Source: a virus
DNA: 64,000 nt
Reading direction: 5' to 3' (one strand)
IMG/VR virus record: IMGVR_UViG_3300035670_000067
Span: 1 to 64,000 of that record
Below the pieces are notes generated by a model. It saw only the letters and a list, made by a program, of their open reading frames with translations. It did no database searches and was not told the origin of the DNA. Positions 18,755 through 30,000 of the stretch are shown piece by piece (the first letter of the stretch is position 1; each line of letters starts with the position of its first letter). The translations under genes were made by a program, and so were the position numbers.

Positions 18755-19623
18755 TTGAACTTCCCTATCATCTTTTTTCTAAGTTCTTTTGAGCATGAAA
18801 TCGTGAGTGTGCATTGTTTACTACCGTAATAAGGGCAATAGATACCGTGTTCCCTACAAAACAGATATTCTGTAGATCTATCAGCATCAACAAATTTCTG
18901 TATCTCAGCTTTGTCTGACATCCTAATTAGAGACGGTATTTTTGAATTCTCTTCACACAACGCAAACGTCCATCTAATATATCTTTTCAATACATACTGC
19001 CATCTATCGGGATATTCGACTTGGAAAATCTTTACCAATTGACCAACAATTCTCATAATCCTGTGAGCCTTCGCATCAATGAAATGCGAATATGGTTCGT
19101 ACATCTCTTTTATGAATGATCTAAAATCACCAATTTTCCAATATCTAACATTTTTATCTGTAACTTTGTTTTCCAGAATATGTCCAGATGAGTTTGGAGA
19201 TATCTCTTCAGCGGCATTAAATATAGATAGATCTAATTCTTTTTGTGCTAACTTGATCAATTCAGATACTTTCCGCACCCAATCATATCTACACGTAACA
19301 CTCGACGTACATTTCTTTATATCTTTTTCAATTTTCAAAAATTTACAACCAGCGCAATTGGATGAATTGATATATTCTTTTTGAAGAGTTACGTATAGTT
19401 TTCTATCAAGGCCGCTTCTGTAATACTGAAAGATATCTTTATTCCCTTGCAACACTTTTCTTAATTTGATAGCGCTAACGCCCAGATTAGCCACCATATC
19501 AGATTCAACCACTATCCCGTCATTCATTACATACAGGATAGCTCTGACCACTAGAATAGATTTACAGAATCGTATTTTTCTCAATATCTTATCGTCACAA
19601 ACAATGAAAGTATTACAGATCAT
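18751..19623 (-). CDS. hypothetical protein (possible N-terminal wHTH, Cys clusters)
   Basis: Between SNF2 and DnaB with ATGA-type overlaps; CAGC and C..H..YCPY..C motifs. Confidence 0.5.
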   Translation of the reverse strand: MICNTFIVCDDKILRKIRFCKSILVVRAILYVMNDGIVVESDMVANLGVSAIKLRKVLQGNKDIFQYYRSGLDRKLYVTLQKEYINSSNCAGCKFLKIEKDIKKCTSSVTCRYDWVRKVSELIKLAQKELDLSIFNAAEEISPNSSGHILENKVTDKNVRYWKIGDFRSFIKEMYEPYSHFIDAKAHRIMRIVGQLVKIFQVEYPDRWQYVLKRYIRWTFALCEENSKIPSLIRMSDKAEIQKFVDADRSTEYLFCREHGIYCPYYGSKQCTLTISCSKELRKKMIGKFN

Positions 19624-21437
19624 ATTTTGCTTGCCAAGTCTCTGAGGCTTACAGTGCTCTTCTGATATTCACTCTGCTTGAAGAATCTAGAAGCCAGTTC
19701 TCGCTTATTGGCCAAGACGTTGTACAAATGTTCTTCCACTGTATCTGGAACAATCATATTCATTACATATACTGTCTTATGCTGACCGCGCCTATAAACT
19801 CGCGCAACACGCTGATCTAATATCGCAGGATTCCACGGTAAATCAAAATTGATGATGTAATTTGCTGCCTGCAAGTTAGCACCATACGCCAGTGCATCAG
19901 AACACACCAAGAAACGTGGTTCTGAACCCTTACAGAAGGCTTCAACTATGCCAGTAGCGTTACTACTGCCCCCCACCACCACACCAACCTCGCCGGCATT
20001 TAGAGAGCGTATCCATTTTACAAGGTGTGGAACTACTTTATTGGCAAATCTACTGAATATTAGTACCTTAGAATTCTTTGGTATCTCTTCTAGTATAACT
20101 TCTTTCAAAACATCAAATTTAGAAGAATGGTCTTTTTTCTTACACTTAGGATCTATCGCTTTCATAGTATCTGCAATCTGCAACAGATAATTCAACAGAG
20201 TCGCCAATGCTGCATTATTGATACTGTTCTGTTTCTCGAGATCTGATAGTTCCTGCAACACACCCTTCCTAGCATCTTTATAAAATGCCAGCTGACTTCC
20301 GCTCATTGGACATTCGCGTATAGATGTCATGATTGGCGGTCGCTCTTTCCACACATCGTCAATGGTTCGCCTAATCACGACATCTTTTATCTTAGTACGC
20401 AATTCTTCTTCATTACGCACACCAACTGGCTGTCCCCAGAAATCCAATATGAGATATCTATTAAGGAAGCAGTGGAATGGTCCCAATATGGTTTCATCAA
20501 CAAGATCAACAATATTGTGCAACTCCTGAAGTTTATTCTCAATGATAGTGCCGGACATTGCTATGAACATGCTGCCTGGGTATTGAGACAACGCTATTTT
20601 CTTCATTGCCTTGGAAACGGCGGCAGTACGATTTTTCAGCTTAGTAGCTTCATCACAAACGATTACATCAAACTTCTTATCTATAATCTCTTGAGCCAGC
20701 ATTCTAACCTGCTCATAATTGGCGATAAGAATTTTTGATTCCCCAACAAGCCTGCGTCTAGCGATTTTAGGCTTTTCTTTTTCTTCACAACATTCTTCGG
20801 CGTATTCGCAAACCCTACAATCTTCGTTTCTCTTGAGAAACCTCTCTGAGACCCCAGTTCTACATTTGCCGTAATCAGAAATCAGTGTTATGTCTGACTC
20901 TGGCAATTTCGTAAACTTCAATATCTCATTTTTCCATTGATGCGCAATTCTTAGCGGACAAACTATCAGAACAGTTTCGTATCCATAGTATTCCATTCCC
21001 TTAAGAATAGCTGCTATAGCTTGAGGCGTTTTACCAGTACCAACTTGATCACCTACTATAATCCTGCGAGCAGCAACACAAACATTTGCACCTATAATCT
21101 GTGAAGGAAACAACTTACATGTTGGATCGTCTGACCAGAGATTCAAATCAATAGATTTGTTTTTTCTAGCGCGACGCACACGTCTTAGTCTCTTTTTAAA
21201 TAAGCGATGAAGCTTGAGCACCTTTTCAGTAACACTAAGATCTACATTATAATTCTTACAAAAGCCAACGAGATTATCGAGCTCATTTAGAAAGGTGAAG
21301 AAATGCTTGAAATTCTTATCAAATGTCAGATTATGTATATTCTTCTTCAGATTGGCTAAAATCATGTGAAAATCATTACCCATGATTTTCACGGATATTT
21401 TACCATGCCCAAGATATTTGGAATATATGCTGCCCAT
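19620..21437 (-). CDS. SNF2-family helicase/ATPase
   Basis: GDQVGTGKT, CDEAT, MSGTIIENKLQEL, GANLQAANYIINFDLPWNPA..QRVARVYRRGQ. Confidence 0.92.
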   Translation of the reverse strand: MGSIYSKYLGHGKISVKIMGNDFHMILANLKKNIHNLTFDKNFKHFFTFLNELDNLVGFCKNYNVDLSVTEKVLKLHRLFKKRLRRVRRARKNKSIDLNLWSDDPTCKLFPSQIIGANVCVAARRIIVGDQVGTGKTPQAIAAILKGMEYYGYETVLIVCPLRIAHQWKNEILKFTKLPESDITLISDYGKCRTGVSERFLKRNEDCRVCEYAEECCEEKEKPKIARRRLVGESKILIANYEQVRMLAQEIIDKKFDVIVCDEATKLKNRTAAVSKAMKKIALSQYPGSMFIAMSGTIIENKLQELHNIVDLVDETILGPFHCFLNRYLILDFWGQPVGVRNEEELRTKIKDVVIRRTIDDVWKERPPIMTSIRECPMSGSQLAFYKDARKGVLQELSDLEKQNSINNAALATLLNYLLQIADTMKAIDPKCKKKDHSSKFDVLKEVILEEIPKNSKVLIFSRFANKVVPHLVKWIRSLNAGEVGVVVGGSSNATGIVEAFCKGSEPRFLVCSDALAYGANLQAANYIINFDLPWNPAILDQRVARVYRRGQHKTVYVMNMIVPDTVEEHLYNVLANKRELASRFFKQSEYQKSTVSLRDLASKI

Positions 21438-21476
21438 TGAACACCTCCTAAGGCGTATGCAATAACGGGCAGATAC

Positions 21477-22895
21477 TTATGCGTAATTCGTCAAACGTCC
21501 ATTTCGGAAAGTAAGCTGTTTTGTTCCGCTTGGAGTCGTAACTCCAATAACTTGCGACCATCCGGATTCCGGTGCAGTCGAACAATCTCCAAGTCTAGAT
21601 TCAAGTGAAATCAAATCACCATTTTGATCTGTTTGTATATCGCAAACTGGTAAATATCCATCTGAAGTTACAGCGCTCCATTTAGAATAAAACATCAACG
21701 TTGGATATACACCAGACAATCCCTGAGTTGACATTTTAGGAAAAGCTAAAATCACAGCTTCATTCGTATTTTCTGGTATTGATAAATTATAATTATAATT
21801 ATATCTTATATCTACAGAACCTGGATTTGCGTAAAATCTTCCAGATGTTTCCAGATTTCTAACAGACAATGTTCCAACGGTTCCAGATTTGATATAATCT
21901 ATGCCACAGTTTATTTTTCCAACATGAGAACCAAATACATCTATCTTACCCAATTTACGATAATCTGTAATCCTTTTACTATATACTGAAATATAAAAAA
22001 GATCTTGAGGAAGTCTTTCGCCATAAACACCACTCTTTTGTCTAGATCCTGTTATTGGATCTGCTGCCGATAAAGTGTACCCGCCACCATTATACCAAGA
22101 CCATCTTTGATCCGTTGTATTCGAATAAGGAAATATAGAAAAGAATAACAATTCTGATCCAGTATTGTTGAATTTAAACAGAAACTCTACTGGTGCCACT
22201 TCAACCATTCTGGAGTAAGCGTAAGTACTTATACCAGAATCTGGAGCAAACACTAATGCTCTCAAATTCACCTTAAGATATGTCTCACCACCTTCCACAT
22301 ATGTTCTCGCCGAACCGTATTGTTCAGATTGTTTCTGCGTAATGAAACATCTAATGAAATCTGAAGTGGACTGTAGCGTGTGAATTGCTTTGATGTGACA
22401 ATTCAAATTGCCAGCAGACTTTATTCCAATACAAGCACACAAATCCAAATCATCACCAGGACGAATCAATTTCGCTCTAGTATAATCAACACGTATATCG
22501 GAAATGCCATGTATCATAACATTTCCTATTTCATCAGCTTGAATATCTCCTTGCGCAATCCCAACAAACGGTTCATGGCCATCATCCATAGAAAACACAT
22601 ATGATCCTGAAGATCCTGGCAATGATTCACGATAAAAATATTCTAGCGCATTCGTTTCATTCACTATGGCACAAGCTGGAATATTATTCGTTGTGTCATT
22701 GATATCTCTAACTATGAAAACTAGATCCCCATGTCGTATCTGTGTACTGATATTCTTACAAGATAATACTATATTACCGTCAGCTCTATCAGAAGATTTA
22801 CCGGAAGATTTGTTCTTATTCGTTTTCTTTAACTGTTTTTCTAAGGCTTCTACTCTACGGATAAGCTTGTCTATCTTTATATCTTGCTTATTCAT
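21477..22895 (-). CDS. Putative tail fibre/tail-tip protein
   Basis: Last gene of the tail operon; N-terminal coiled coil, beta-rich body, C-terminal QLTFRNGRLT. Confidence 0.5.
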   Translation of the reverse strand: MNKQDIKIDKLIRRVEALEKQLKKTNKNKSSGKSSDRADGNIVLSCKNISTQIRHGDLVFIVRDINDTTNNIPACAIVNETNALEYFYRESLPGSSGSYVFSMDDGHEPFVGIAQGDIQADEIGNVMIHGISDIRVDYTRAKLIRPGDDLDLCACIGIKSAGNLNCHIKAIHTLQSTSDFIRCFITQKQSEQYGSARTYVEGGETYLKVNLRALVFAPDSGISTYAYSRMVEVAPVEFLFKFNNTGSELLFFSIFPYSNTTDQRWSWYNGGGYTLSAADPITGSRQKSGVYGERLPQDLFYISVYSKRITDYRKLGKIDVFGSHVGKINCGIDYIKSGTVGTLSVRNLETSGRFYANPGSVDIRYNYNYNLSIPENTNEAVILAFPKMSTQGLSGVYPTLMFYSKWSAVTSDGYLPVCDIQTDQNGDLISLESRLGDCSTAPESGWSQVIGVTTPSGTKQLTFRNGRLTNYA

Positions 22896-22897
22896 AT

Positions 22898-25396
22898 TTA
22901 TTCCGTCTCACCTTCGCCTTCTTCATTCGGTTCTTCCACCGGTTCTTCTGGCTCATCAGGTAATTCAGGATCTTCAACAACATATGTATCGCGATCATTA
23001 TCAAGTTCCACTTGCTTCTCATCTTCCTGAGTCTTAGCAGAATCTTGATTATTCTTCTGTTTTATATAGGCGTTAGAGAACGATAGCTGAGTGCCAAAAC
23101 TATCACTATCATTCAATACAGACCAGGAAATGGAAACCAAGGCGCTAGTCAAATCGGTATACTTAGTTCCATGTATTTTTCTTATTCTATCACCTAGCGA
23201 AGGGCCAATCCAAAGATACGGAACATTTGCTTCAACTGTTTCCGACAATCTTGAATAACCTTCCAGGAAAGCTATCAGCTGTCTTAGCAGTTCTGCTATG
23301 GACATCCCCATATACGCTTTGTATTGAGGAAAGCTTGCGCAATGCCTAACGTAGTAACCCAATTGATGATCATCCATTGTCGAAGTATCAAATGTAGGAA
23401 TGGCTTCTACTTTATTCTTTTCTGAATCAACTGGATACCAAGCGTTAGTGTGGATTATGATATCGCTACTGTCGTCATTCAAATATGCTGGAAATTCAGC
23501 TCCACTTTGCTGATTAATTAATCCAGTGGGAATTTTTCTTCCAACTATTGCTGCAACATCTGTTTTGAAAGATGCTGTCAAATACACATCGCGCGGTTCC
23601 ATCTTTATTCTTGCATATTCCTGACCATCATACGAATATTTTGTCATGCAAGAAGCTATATGATTGTCGCCTTCTTTTTTGTCAGTCAGCCCAGCACCTA
23701 TCGGGCTTTCTCTCTTGAACTGTGGCTTATCAAATACGACAACGCCAGTGCTTTCATCAAACGAATACTCTCCATCACTTGGGAATATCCAGCTTAACGA
23801 ATTGCCAAGCTTATTCAGATCATCAGCAGTAGCTTCCGCAGACGCAATTCTTGGAACTATGACGCTATTACCGTTTACGTCACGCCTCTGGAATTTCCTA
23901 TCATTACGCCTTTCATCAAACATAAAGATTATCGGTTTTTTGTAACCGGCAAATCCAGGATCGTTAATATCGCGTTTGATCCTTGCTGATTTTAGCCACC
24001 ACTTTTTCAAATCATTTTCATAAGAAGCATATTCACTTCCTAAAATACCACTTAGCGGAAGAGTGGTTTTATCTTTGGTCGTGCTTACTATTTGATCAGC
24101 AAACAACCCACCTTCTATGGCGATACCATAATACCGATAAATTCTTTCATATCGCAAAACATCTACTGCATCAGTCTGATCTACAGACTGATCGGTTGTA
24201 GAACTTTCGTTTGTGTAGTATTTCGCGATTGCCCACTTACGCCAAGCTTCATAATCAGCCCTATTTTCAAAATCGTAACCATTGAATCTTTGCCATAATG
24301 GAACTAGTCTCACAGTTGAAACCATGCGCACCGCCCCACCCTTGGCTATGGCATAGGCTACGCTATTCGTGCCATCTCTTTGAACATTTATTGAAGATAC
24401 ATTTGCCCCACTAGTAGCGATCTTTTCCGCTGTTTCCGGAACCTTTAGAAAAACCTGATTGATTGTGCCTTCTGCAATCTGTTTAATGCGAATTTTGACC
24501 TTAGGTTGAGAATAATCCAAATACCAAATCCATCTGCCCGGCAATGATTGAACCACTGTATCAATAGCACTACAAACATTCATGTTTTCTAATGAGAAGT
24601 TCTGAGGCTGCTCTCCGCGCAATCCAGCTATCTTCACCAGATCATTACGATTTATCTTTATTCCAGTTTGAACTAAGGTGTATGGCTCTATCCAATATTT
24701 TTCTATGTGAGCCAATATCGTCGCCCACGACCAATATTTCCCATTCCATGCCTTAGCGTTGAATGCGTCTGAAGCTAACCCATCATCCTCATTGGATATT
24801 TCAGGATAAAAGAAAACACACATCGTACTGGAATAATTTTCAGTAAAACAATCTGGTATCCCATTCTTATTAAAAACGCACGGTTCGTTCTGTAAATATC
24901 CGGTCTTATCTCTTATGTGAGCGCGATACTTTTCAAAGGTGTATTTTATGTCTCCCAATGAAACACCGCTACCAATCAAATCTGGCGAAGACGACGCACC
25001 TTCGACTGCATATAGTCTACCTCTAATAGAAGTCCGTTTACTAAGATACCACTTATAGTCTTGACATGTTACAGACATCTCTTCAGTCGACCCGTCCAGA
25101 GTTCCTCTATTGATATTTACAAATCCTCTGAATATGGTTGTCATCAGCGCATCTCTGCCCGATCCTGAAACACTTACTATACGGATCGGTCTAAATATAT
25201 TCTGTTCTTCACCAAACGCCTTTTCTGGAAACACTATTTCAGCACTATCAAAATCAGCGCCAGAAGAAACCTTTACGGATTTTACTCTAGCTCCTGTTAT
25301 CACACCGATATCTGCCGCGCCTCCCCAAGGTTTAGCATCACCCATGACTAATAGGGTGGCTGGCGCGTTCATGTCTTCCCAAACTGTTGATCCCAT
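22898..25396 (-). CDS. Putative baseplate hub/Tal-like tail protein
   Basis: IFRGFV...MSVTCQDYKWYL pattern, C-terminal PSLGDRI; downstream of tape measure. Confidence 0.55.
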   Translation of the reverse strand: MGSTVWEDMNAPATLLVMGDAKPWGGAADIGVITGARVKSVKVSSGADFDSAEIVFPEKAFGEEQNIFRPIRIVSVSGSGRDALMTTIFRGFVNINRGTLDGSTEEMSVTCQDYKWYLSKRTSIRGRLYAVEGASSSPDLIGSGVSLGDIKYTFEKYRAHIRDKTGYLQNEPCVFNKNGIPDCFTENYSSTMCVFFYPEISNEDDGLASDAFNAKAWNGKYWSWATILAHIEKYWIEPYTLVQTGIKINRNDLVKIAGLRGEQPQNFSLENMNVCSAIDTVVQSLPGRWIWYLDYSQPKVKIRIKQIAEGTINQVFLKVPETAEKIATSGANVSSINVQRDGTNSVAYAIAKGGAVRMVSTVRLVPLWQRFNGYDFENRADYEAWRKWAIAKYYTNESSTTDQSVDQTDAVDVLRYERIYRYYGIAIEGGLFADQIVSTTKDKTTLPLSGILGSEYASYENDLKKWWLKSARIKRDINDPGFAGYKKPIIFMFDERRNDRKFQRRDVNGNSVIVPRIASAEATADDLNKLGNSLSWIFPSDGEYSFDESTGVVVFDKPQFKRESPIGAGLTDKKEGDNHIASCMTKYSYDGQEYARIKMEPRDVYLTASFKTDVAAIVGRKIPTGLINQQSGAEFPAYLNDDSSDIIIHTNAWYPVDSEKNKVEAIPTFDTSTMDDHQLGYYVRHCASFPQYKAYMGMSIAELLRQLIAFLEGYSRLSETVEANVPYLWIGPSLGDRIRKIHGTKYTDLTSALVSISWSVLNDSDSFGTQLSFSNAYIKQKNNQDSAKTQEDEKQVELDNDRDTYVVEDPELPDEPEEPVEEPNEEGEGETE

Positions 25397-26319
25397 TAGA
25401 ATGTTGATCCTATGGTTAAACCGCTAATTGGATCTGGCGCTTGTCCATCAATCGTAACGGACACAGTCTCAACATTGCTTTCTTCTACACCATCACTGGT
25501 CACAGCGCGAATAACTATAAGGAATGTTTTATTCTCTTCCCCGTCATACAACTGTGTGGTCGTATATGTCTGCATTATACCATTCGCTCTAGTGAATTCA
25601 AAATATGTCGTATAATCAACAGTCCCAGTTCCATTATCATGATACAATCTGAATTTGGCTGCGGCATCTCCATAGATCCACGGGAACGATATCTTGATTT
25701 TTCCAGCATTCGCCGGTTCTGCGCCAAATGCGATATTCTTTATATTTTCATCTAACACAGATGGTGGAATATAATTAGCTCTAGGTATCACAATATGCAA
25801 CTCAAATTCTGTAGAACTGTACAGCCCGCTCTTATACGCCTCTATTCTAAATTTCCAAGTTCCATTAGATGGAAGATTATACGTTACGGAAGTTGTCGCA
25901 CTAGACAATAGATCAAATTGTTTTGTTGTATCAATAGATCCAGAACCCCAATTGCTGAATACGACGTAATTGTCCGGCGCTCCTGTGGATGGTGCTGTCC
26001 AACTCAACTTAACATGATGCCTATCAACATATGAATATTTAGGATATCTTGGCGGTGATGCAAAAGCGGGAATCAATATAGATCCATCTATGGAAGAGCT
26101 TTCATTACCTATGTCATCAAATGCAACTATTCTAAATTGATGAGTTGCATTGGAAAGCTGTTCTGTTATTACTTGATAAGTATCATTAGGATTCAAAAAT
26201 GTAGATCCGAAAACAATCGTCCCATTTGAAGATATTACTATCTTATCATCTCTAAAATGGACTGTCCTATCTCTACGGATAAAACGCCCATGCTTATTTC
26301 TTGCATGAGCAATGCGCAT
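25396..26319 (-). CDS. Fibronectin type III repeat virion protein
   Basis: HQFRIVAFDDIGNES, VKLSWTAP, WKFRIEAY, IVIRAVTSDGVEE. Confidence 0.75.
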   Translation of the reverse strand: MRIAHARNKHGRFIRRDRTVHFRDDKIVISSNGTIVFGSTFLNPNDTYQVITEQLSNATHQFRIVAFDDIGNESSSIDGSILIPAFASPPRYPKYSYVDRHHVKLSWTAPSTGAPDNYVVFSNWGSGSIDTTKQFDLLSSATTSVTYNLPSNGTWKFRIEAYKSGLYSSTEFELHIVIPRANYIPPSVLDENIKNIAFGAEPANAGKIKISFPWIYGDAAAKFRLYHDNGTGTVDYTTYFEFTRANGIMQTYTTTQLYDGEENKTFLIVIRAVTSDGVEESNVETVSVTIDGQAPDPISGLTIGSTF

Positions 26320-26500
26320 CTTTCTTATTCTTTTCTTTGGTTGTCTTAACTAAGTCAAGCAACTTTTCCGCACCTTCAACGGCCAAATCATCTACAATAC
26401 CAGGAATAAATATTGTCGCTACTTTTGCGGCTGGAATTATACTTTTCAGAACAGTAACAGTTCCACGCCCAACATATTTGACAGTCTTCCAGATTTTCAT
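26294..26500 (-). CDS. small hypothetical protein
   Basis: Packed co-oriented ORF with GGAG SD. Confidence 0.45.
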   Translation of the reverse strand: MKIWKTVKYVGRGTVTVLKSIIPAAKVATIFIPGIVDDLAVEGAEKLLDLVKTTKEKNKKDAHCSCKK

Positions 26501-26502
26501 AC

Positions 26503-27072
26503 TTACTCCAGAGCTATATATGTTTCAGCACTTGAAAATGTTCCGAACGTAGTGGTGACAGAAGCGATCACATAATACCCCTTATTCTTTGTCAAGGTCG
26601 GGCTATTCTGCGATAGTACCGCCACACCATTCGTGAACGAGGAAGTGGTTAGCGAAAATTCTTCTTCATGATCTTCATTGTACACTGTCAATGAAATGGA
26701 GCTCAGTCCGGTCGTAATTAGTTCTCCATTTACATTTAGGAAAGCGAAGAATGTCAGCGCTAATGTATCTTCATCATAAACAGGAAGCACTACAAATTCT
26801 TTATGTTCTTTCTGTGAAAGATCGCTATATCTTATTTCAACTGATTTATATCTGTCAGCGTTGGCTAATGATGCGCCACCATCAATTACACCAACTATAT
26901 GTTCAAATTGCGAAGCTGATAAAATGTACTTATACCAACCTCCACCAATTTCTAAGATGGTTGGCTGTGTGTAATTTGTTCCATCTACTTCTTTTAGAGA
27001 AGTCCAAGTTGGCGATAATCCAGTTGCCGGAACACCGCTAGAAGAAAAGTAAACCGTGAAATAGTTTGCCAT
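26503..27072 (-). CDS. Virion structural protein (Ig-like)
   Basis: PATGLSPT...EIGGGWYKY pattern typical of phage structural proteins; AGGAGG SD. Confidence 0.55.
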   Translation of the reverse strand: MANYFTVYFSSSGVPATGLSPTWTSLKEVDGTNYTQPTILEIGGGWYKYILSASQFEHIVGVIDGGASLANADRYKSVEIRYSDLSQKEHKEFVVLPVYDEDTLALTFFAFLNVNGELITTGLSSISLTVYNEDHEEEFSLTTSSFTNGVAVLSQNSPTLTKNKGYYVIASVTTTFGTFSSAETYIALE

Positions 27073-27093
27073 TTTGACCTCCTTACTAAATTA

Positions 27094-30000
27094 TCATTCG
27101 TCTATAATTTGCGAAGAAGTTTCGCTAACTGCCGTAGATGATGATGATGAAGATGAAGACGCATCGGCTAAAAGATAGGGTTGGAATGCCGTCGCAGGTG
27201 GCGTGAAGTCAGAAGTGTAGCGGGCAATTCCCTTTGATAATCTCAACTCTTCGAAATACGCATTAGCGTAACTGCTATTTTCGCCACTTTGGCCAATGAA
27301 CAAAGGGCACCCATCACTGGAGAAATCGCCGTCAGCGAACGTGCCGATAGACGCGCCATCTACGTAGTTCGTTACTGTGGAGCCACTGCGCACAAGTGCG
27401 ATATGATACCACGTATTCAAGCTCGGGCTCCACGACAGAAAACGCGAAGTGCCTGAGCCGGTGTAGAGGTACATCTGCGCACCGCCGGCGTAGTAGCCGA
27501 ACTGCCATCCTTTGGTGCCATCTCCTGTGCCATCATGCGCGCAAATGAAGGTGTTAGCGTTAGCCTTAAGCAATAACCAAAATTCTAATGTAAAATCACC
27601 ATTTCCAGCAGTACCTAAATCCCAATCTGTACTATTGGGAATACTTAAATCATCACCTGTCCCATCAAGATAACAGCTTGCTCCGCCGAACTTACAAAGA
27701 TTAACAATCTTCACGTCACCATTAGGCGTTATGGTATGACCAGTGATTCCCGAATCTGTAAATGTTGTAGAATTTTCAGCTCCTTCAAAATGTAATAATA
27801 AAGTTGTATTAGCATCAGAAGTAAAAGCTGTAGTAGAAGGAGTAAAATTAGAAGTATATCTTACATTAGTACTAATTCTAAATTCATCAACATATCCATT
27901 AAGAGGATAATCTGTTCTAAAACCAATTCTTAATCCTTGACTATATGAAGAACCAAGATCTGCTGTATATGCTCCATCTTCTAAGGTTTTAGATTTAGAA
28001 TCTCCATCGATAAATGTATACCATGTATTTCCATTTCTAACTATAGCAATATGATACCATGTATTGGTTGATGGAGTGAATGATACTGAATATTGAATGT
28101 CATATGCTGTACCATTATAACTCATAAAATATAATTTATGATTAGTATTATCATAAAGTGTTGTCATTGATGGATGTACACTATTCAAACAGCTCCAAAG
28201 ATGAGTATCTCCTAAAACATTCCATTTAACATAAAATTCTACAGTAAAATCTGAAGTTCCGTGTGGGAAATCTGTTGCACTATATGGAGTACTTAAATAA
28301 TCTCCATCTCCATCAAAATATCCAGCACCATTATCAATTTTCGCAGTATGAACAATCTTAGCATCTCCGCCAGGAGTCACAGTGTGAGGGGCAGATCCTC
28401 CTAATGCACTGTCTGTAAAAGTAGTCGATCCATCTACACCATCCATATGTAGTAACAGCACAGTATTCGGATCTATTTCAGTATCGTAAGATAGGGATGA
28501 TGATGAAGAGGAAGAAACATCGGATTCGGACGAAGATTCAGATGTTGACGATAGTGACGAAGTTTCGGACGCTTCGGTGGACGACGAAGACGACGACGAA
28601 GACGACGACGAAGACGACGACGAAGATATAGATGTTGATGAGGAGCTTGATTGACTGCTAAGTGAAGATATCGATGTTGATGAAGAGGTCAGACTAGCGA
28701 ATGTCGAGGAACTTGAACTCGACGAAGACAAACTTGTAGAACTAGATGAAGAACTGGCTGAAGAAGTTTCACCAGCTTCAGTCGACGAAGAAGAACTGGA
28801 TGAACTCGACGAACTAAATGAAGAGCTTGAAGATTGTGAAGTCGAACTGTAGCTGCTCAGACTACTCAACGACGAAGAAGACCAACTTGAAAATTCTCGC
28901 GAAGAAGCTGTTGATGAACTCGACCAACTCGAATATTCTTGTGAAGTTAGGCTAGATGATGAACTACTTTCCTCACCAAATGGATCTATTTCTTTTATTT
29001 TCAGTATACCACTTTTCAGAATCTTTGATCCATGACCCACACCGGTCTTACCATCTATTTCTCCAACGACTGTTGAAGTAATAGCCCCACTGCCGCCATT
29101 GGTATACATGTTAAAGTGGTCCACATCATATATTTCAGCCTTCTTGTGCTTCCATTGAAGCACTGCTGATTTGCCAGAAGTTTTTCTTGTCTTATTGAAA
29201 ACAAACTTTTGATGGGGGATGGCGTACACGTCTATGTCAAATATACTATCTGGATCTCCAATATATACATCATATTGATTAGATTGACATTCTGCAACTT
29301 TATCATCATTTACATAGAGCGCATACCACTGTTCTAATTGATCTTCTGTCCAATCAGAACTAGTTACTAAATCCCACAAAACGCGAATATATCCGGTTCT
29401 ATTTCTTAACCATTTCCAATATTGATTGGATGGTTCAAACTGGATTCTAGCATGATGTATTGAAAGTTCATTTCTATAACTATCACTAGTGACATAGAGA
29501 GTTGCTACGTCGTCAGCGCTATAGGCATAATGTGATTCTATACGCATCTTCAGCCATATGCCAATAGATTCGCCAGACGCTAAACTTCCGATATAGAAAG
29601 AATATTCTGAAGAAGATGAACTGGACGACGATGATGAAGATGAAGAACTAGATGCTGAAGTGCTAGACAGACTTGATGATGAAGATATCGAATAAAACGA
29701 TTCTATAAGATCTTCAGATGTCAATGATGTTTCAGATGTCGAAGATGAAAGGCTGCTCACATCATCGGCAGAACTCGATTCCGAACTGCTACTGGTTCGA
29801 TATTCTGAACTGGCCGAGCTTCTACTTGAAGTCGATAAAGTCGAAGATGATGAACTTGAAAATGATGAACTTTCCGAAGCTAATGTGGATGATGATGAAT
29901 GACTTGACACACTGCTCGAAGCTGAAATAAATGTTGAAGATGAAGATGATGTTACTCCAGCTTCTGTAGATGATGTTGAATCTGCAACACTAGATGTAGA

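Noticed and set aside
27094-28490. Diversity-generating retroelement targeting the LamG domains
   Set aside because: No reverse transcriptase and no adenine-specific template/variable repeat pair seen in the window
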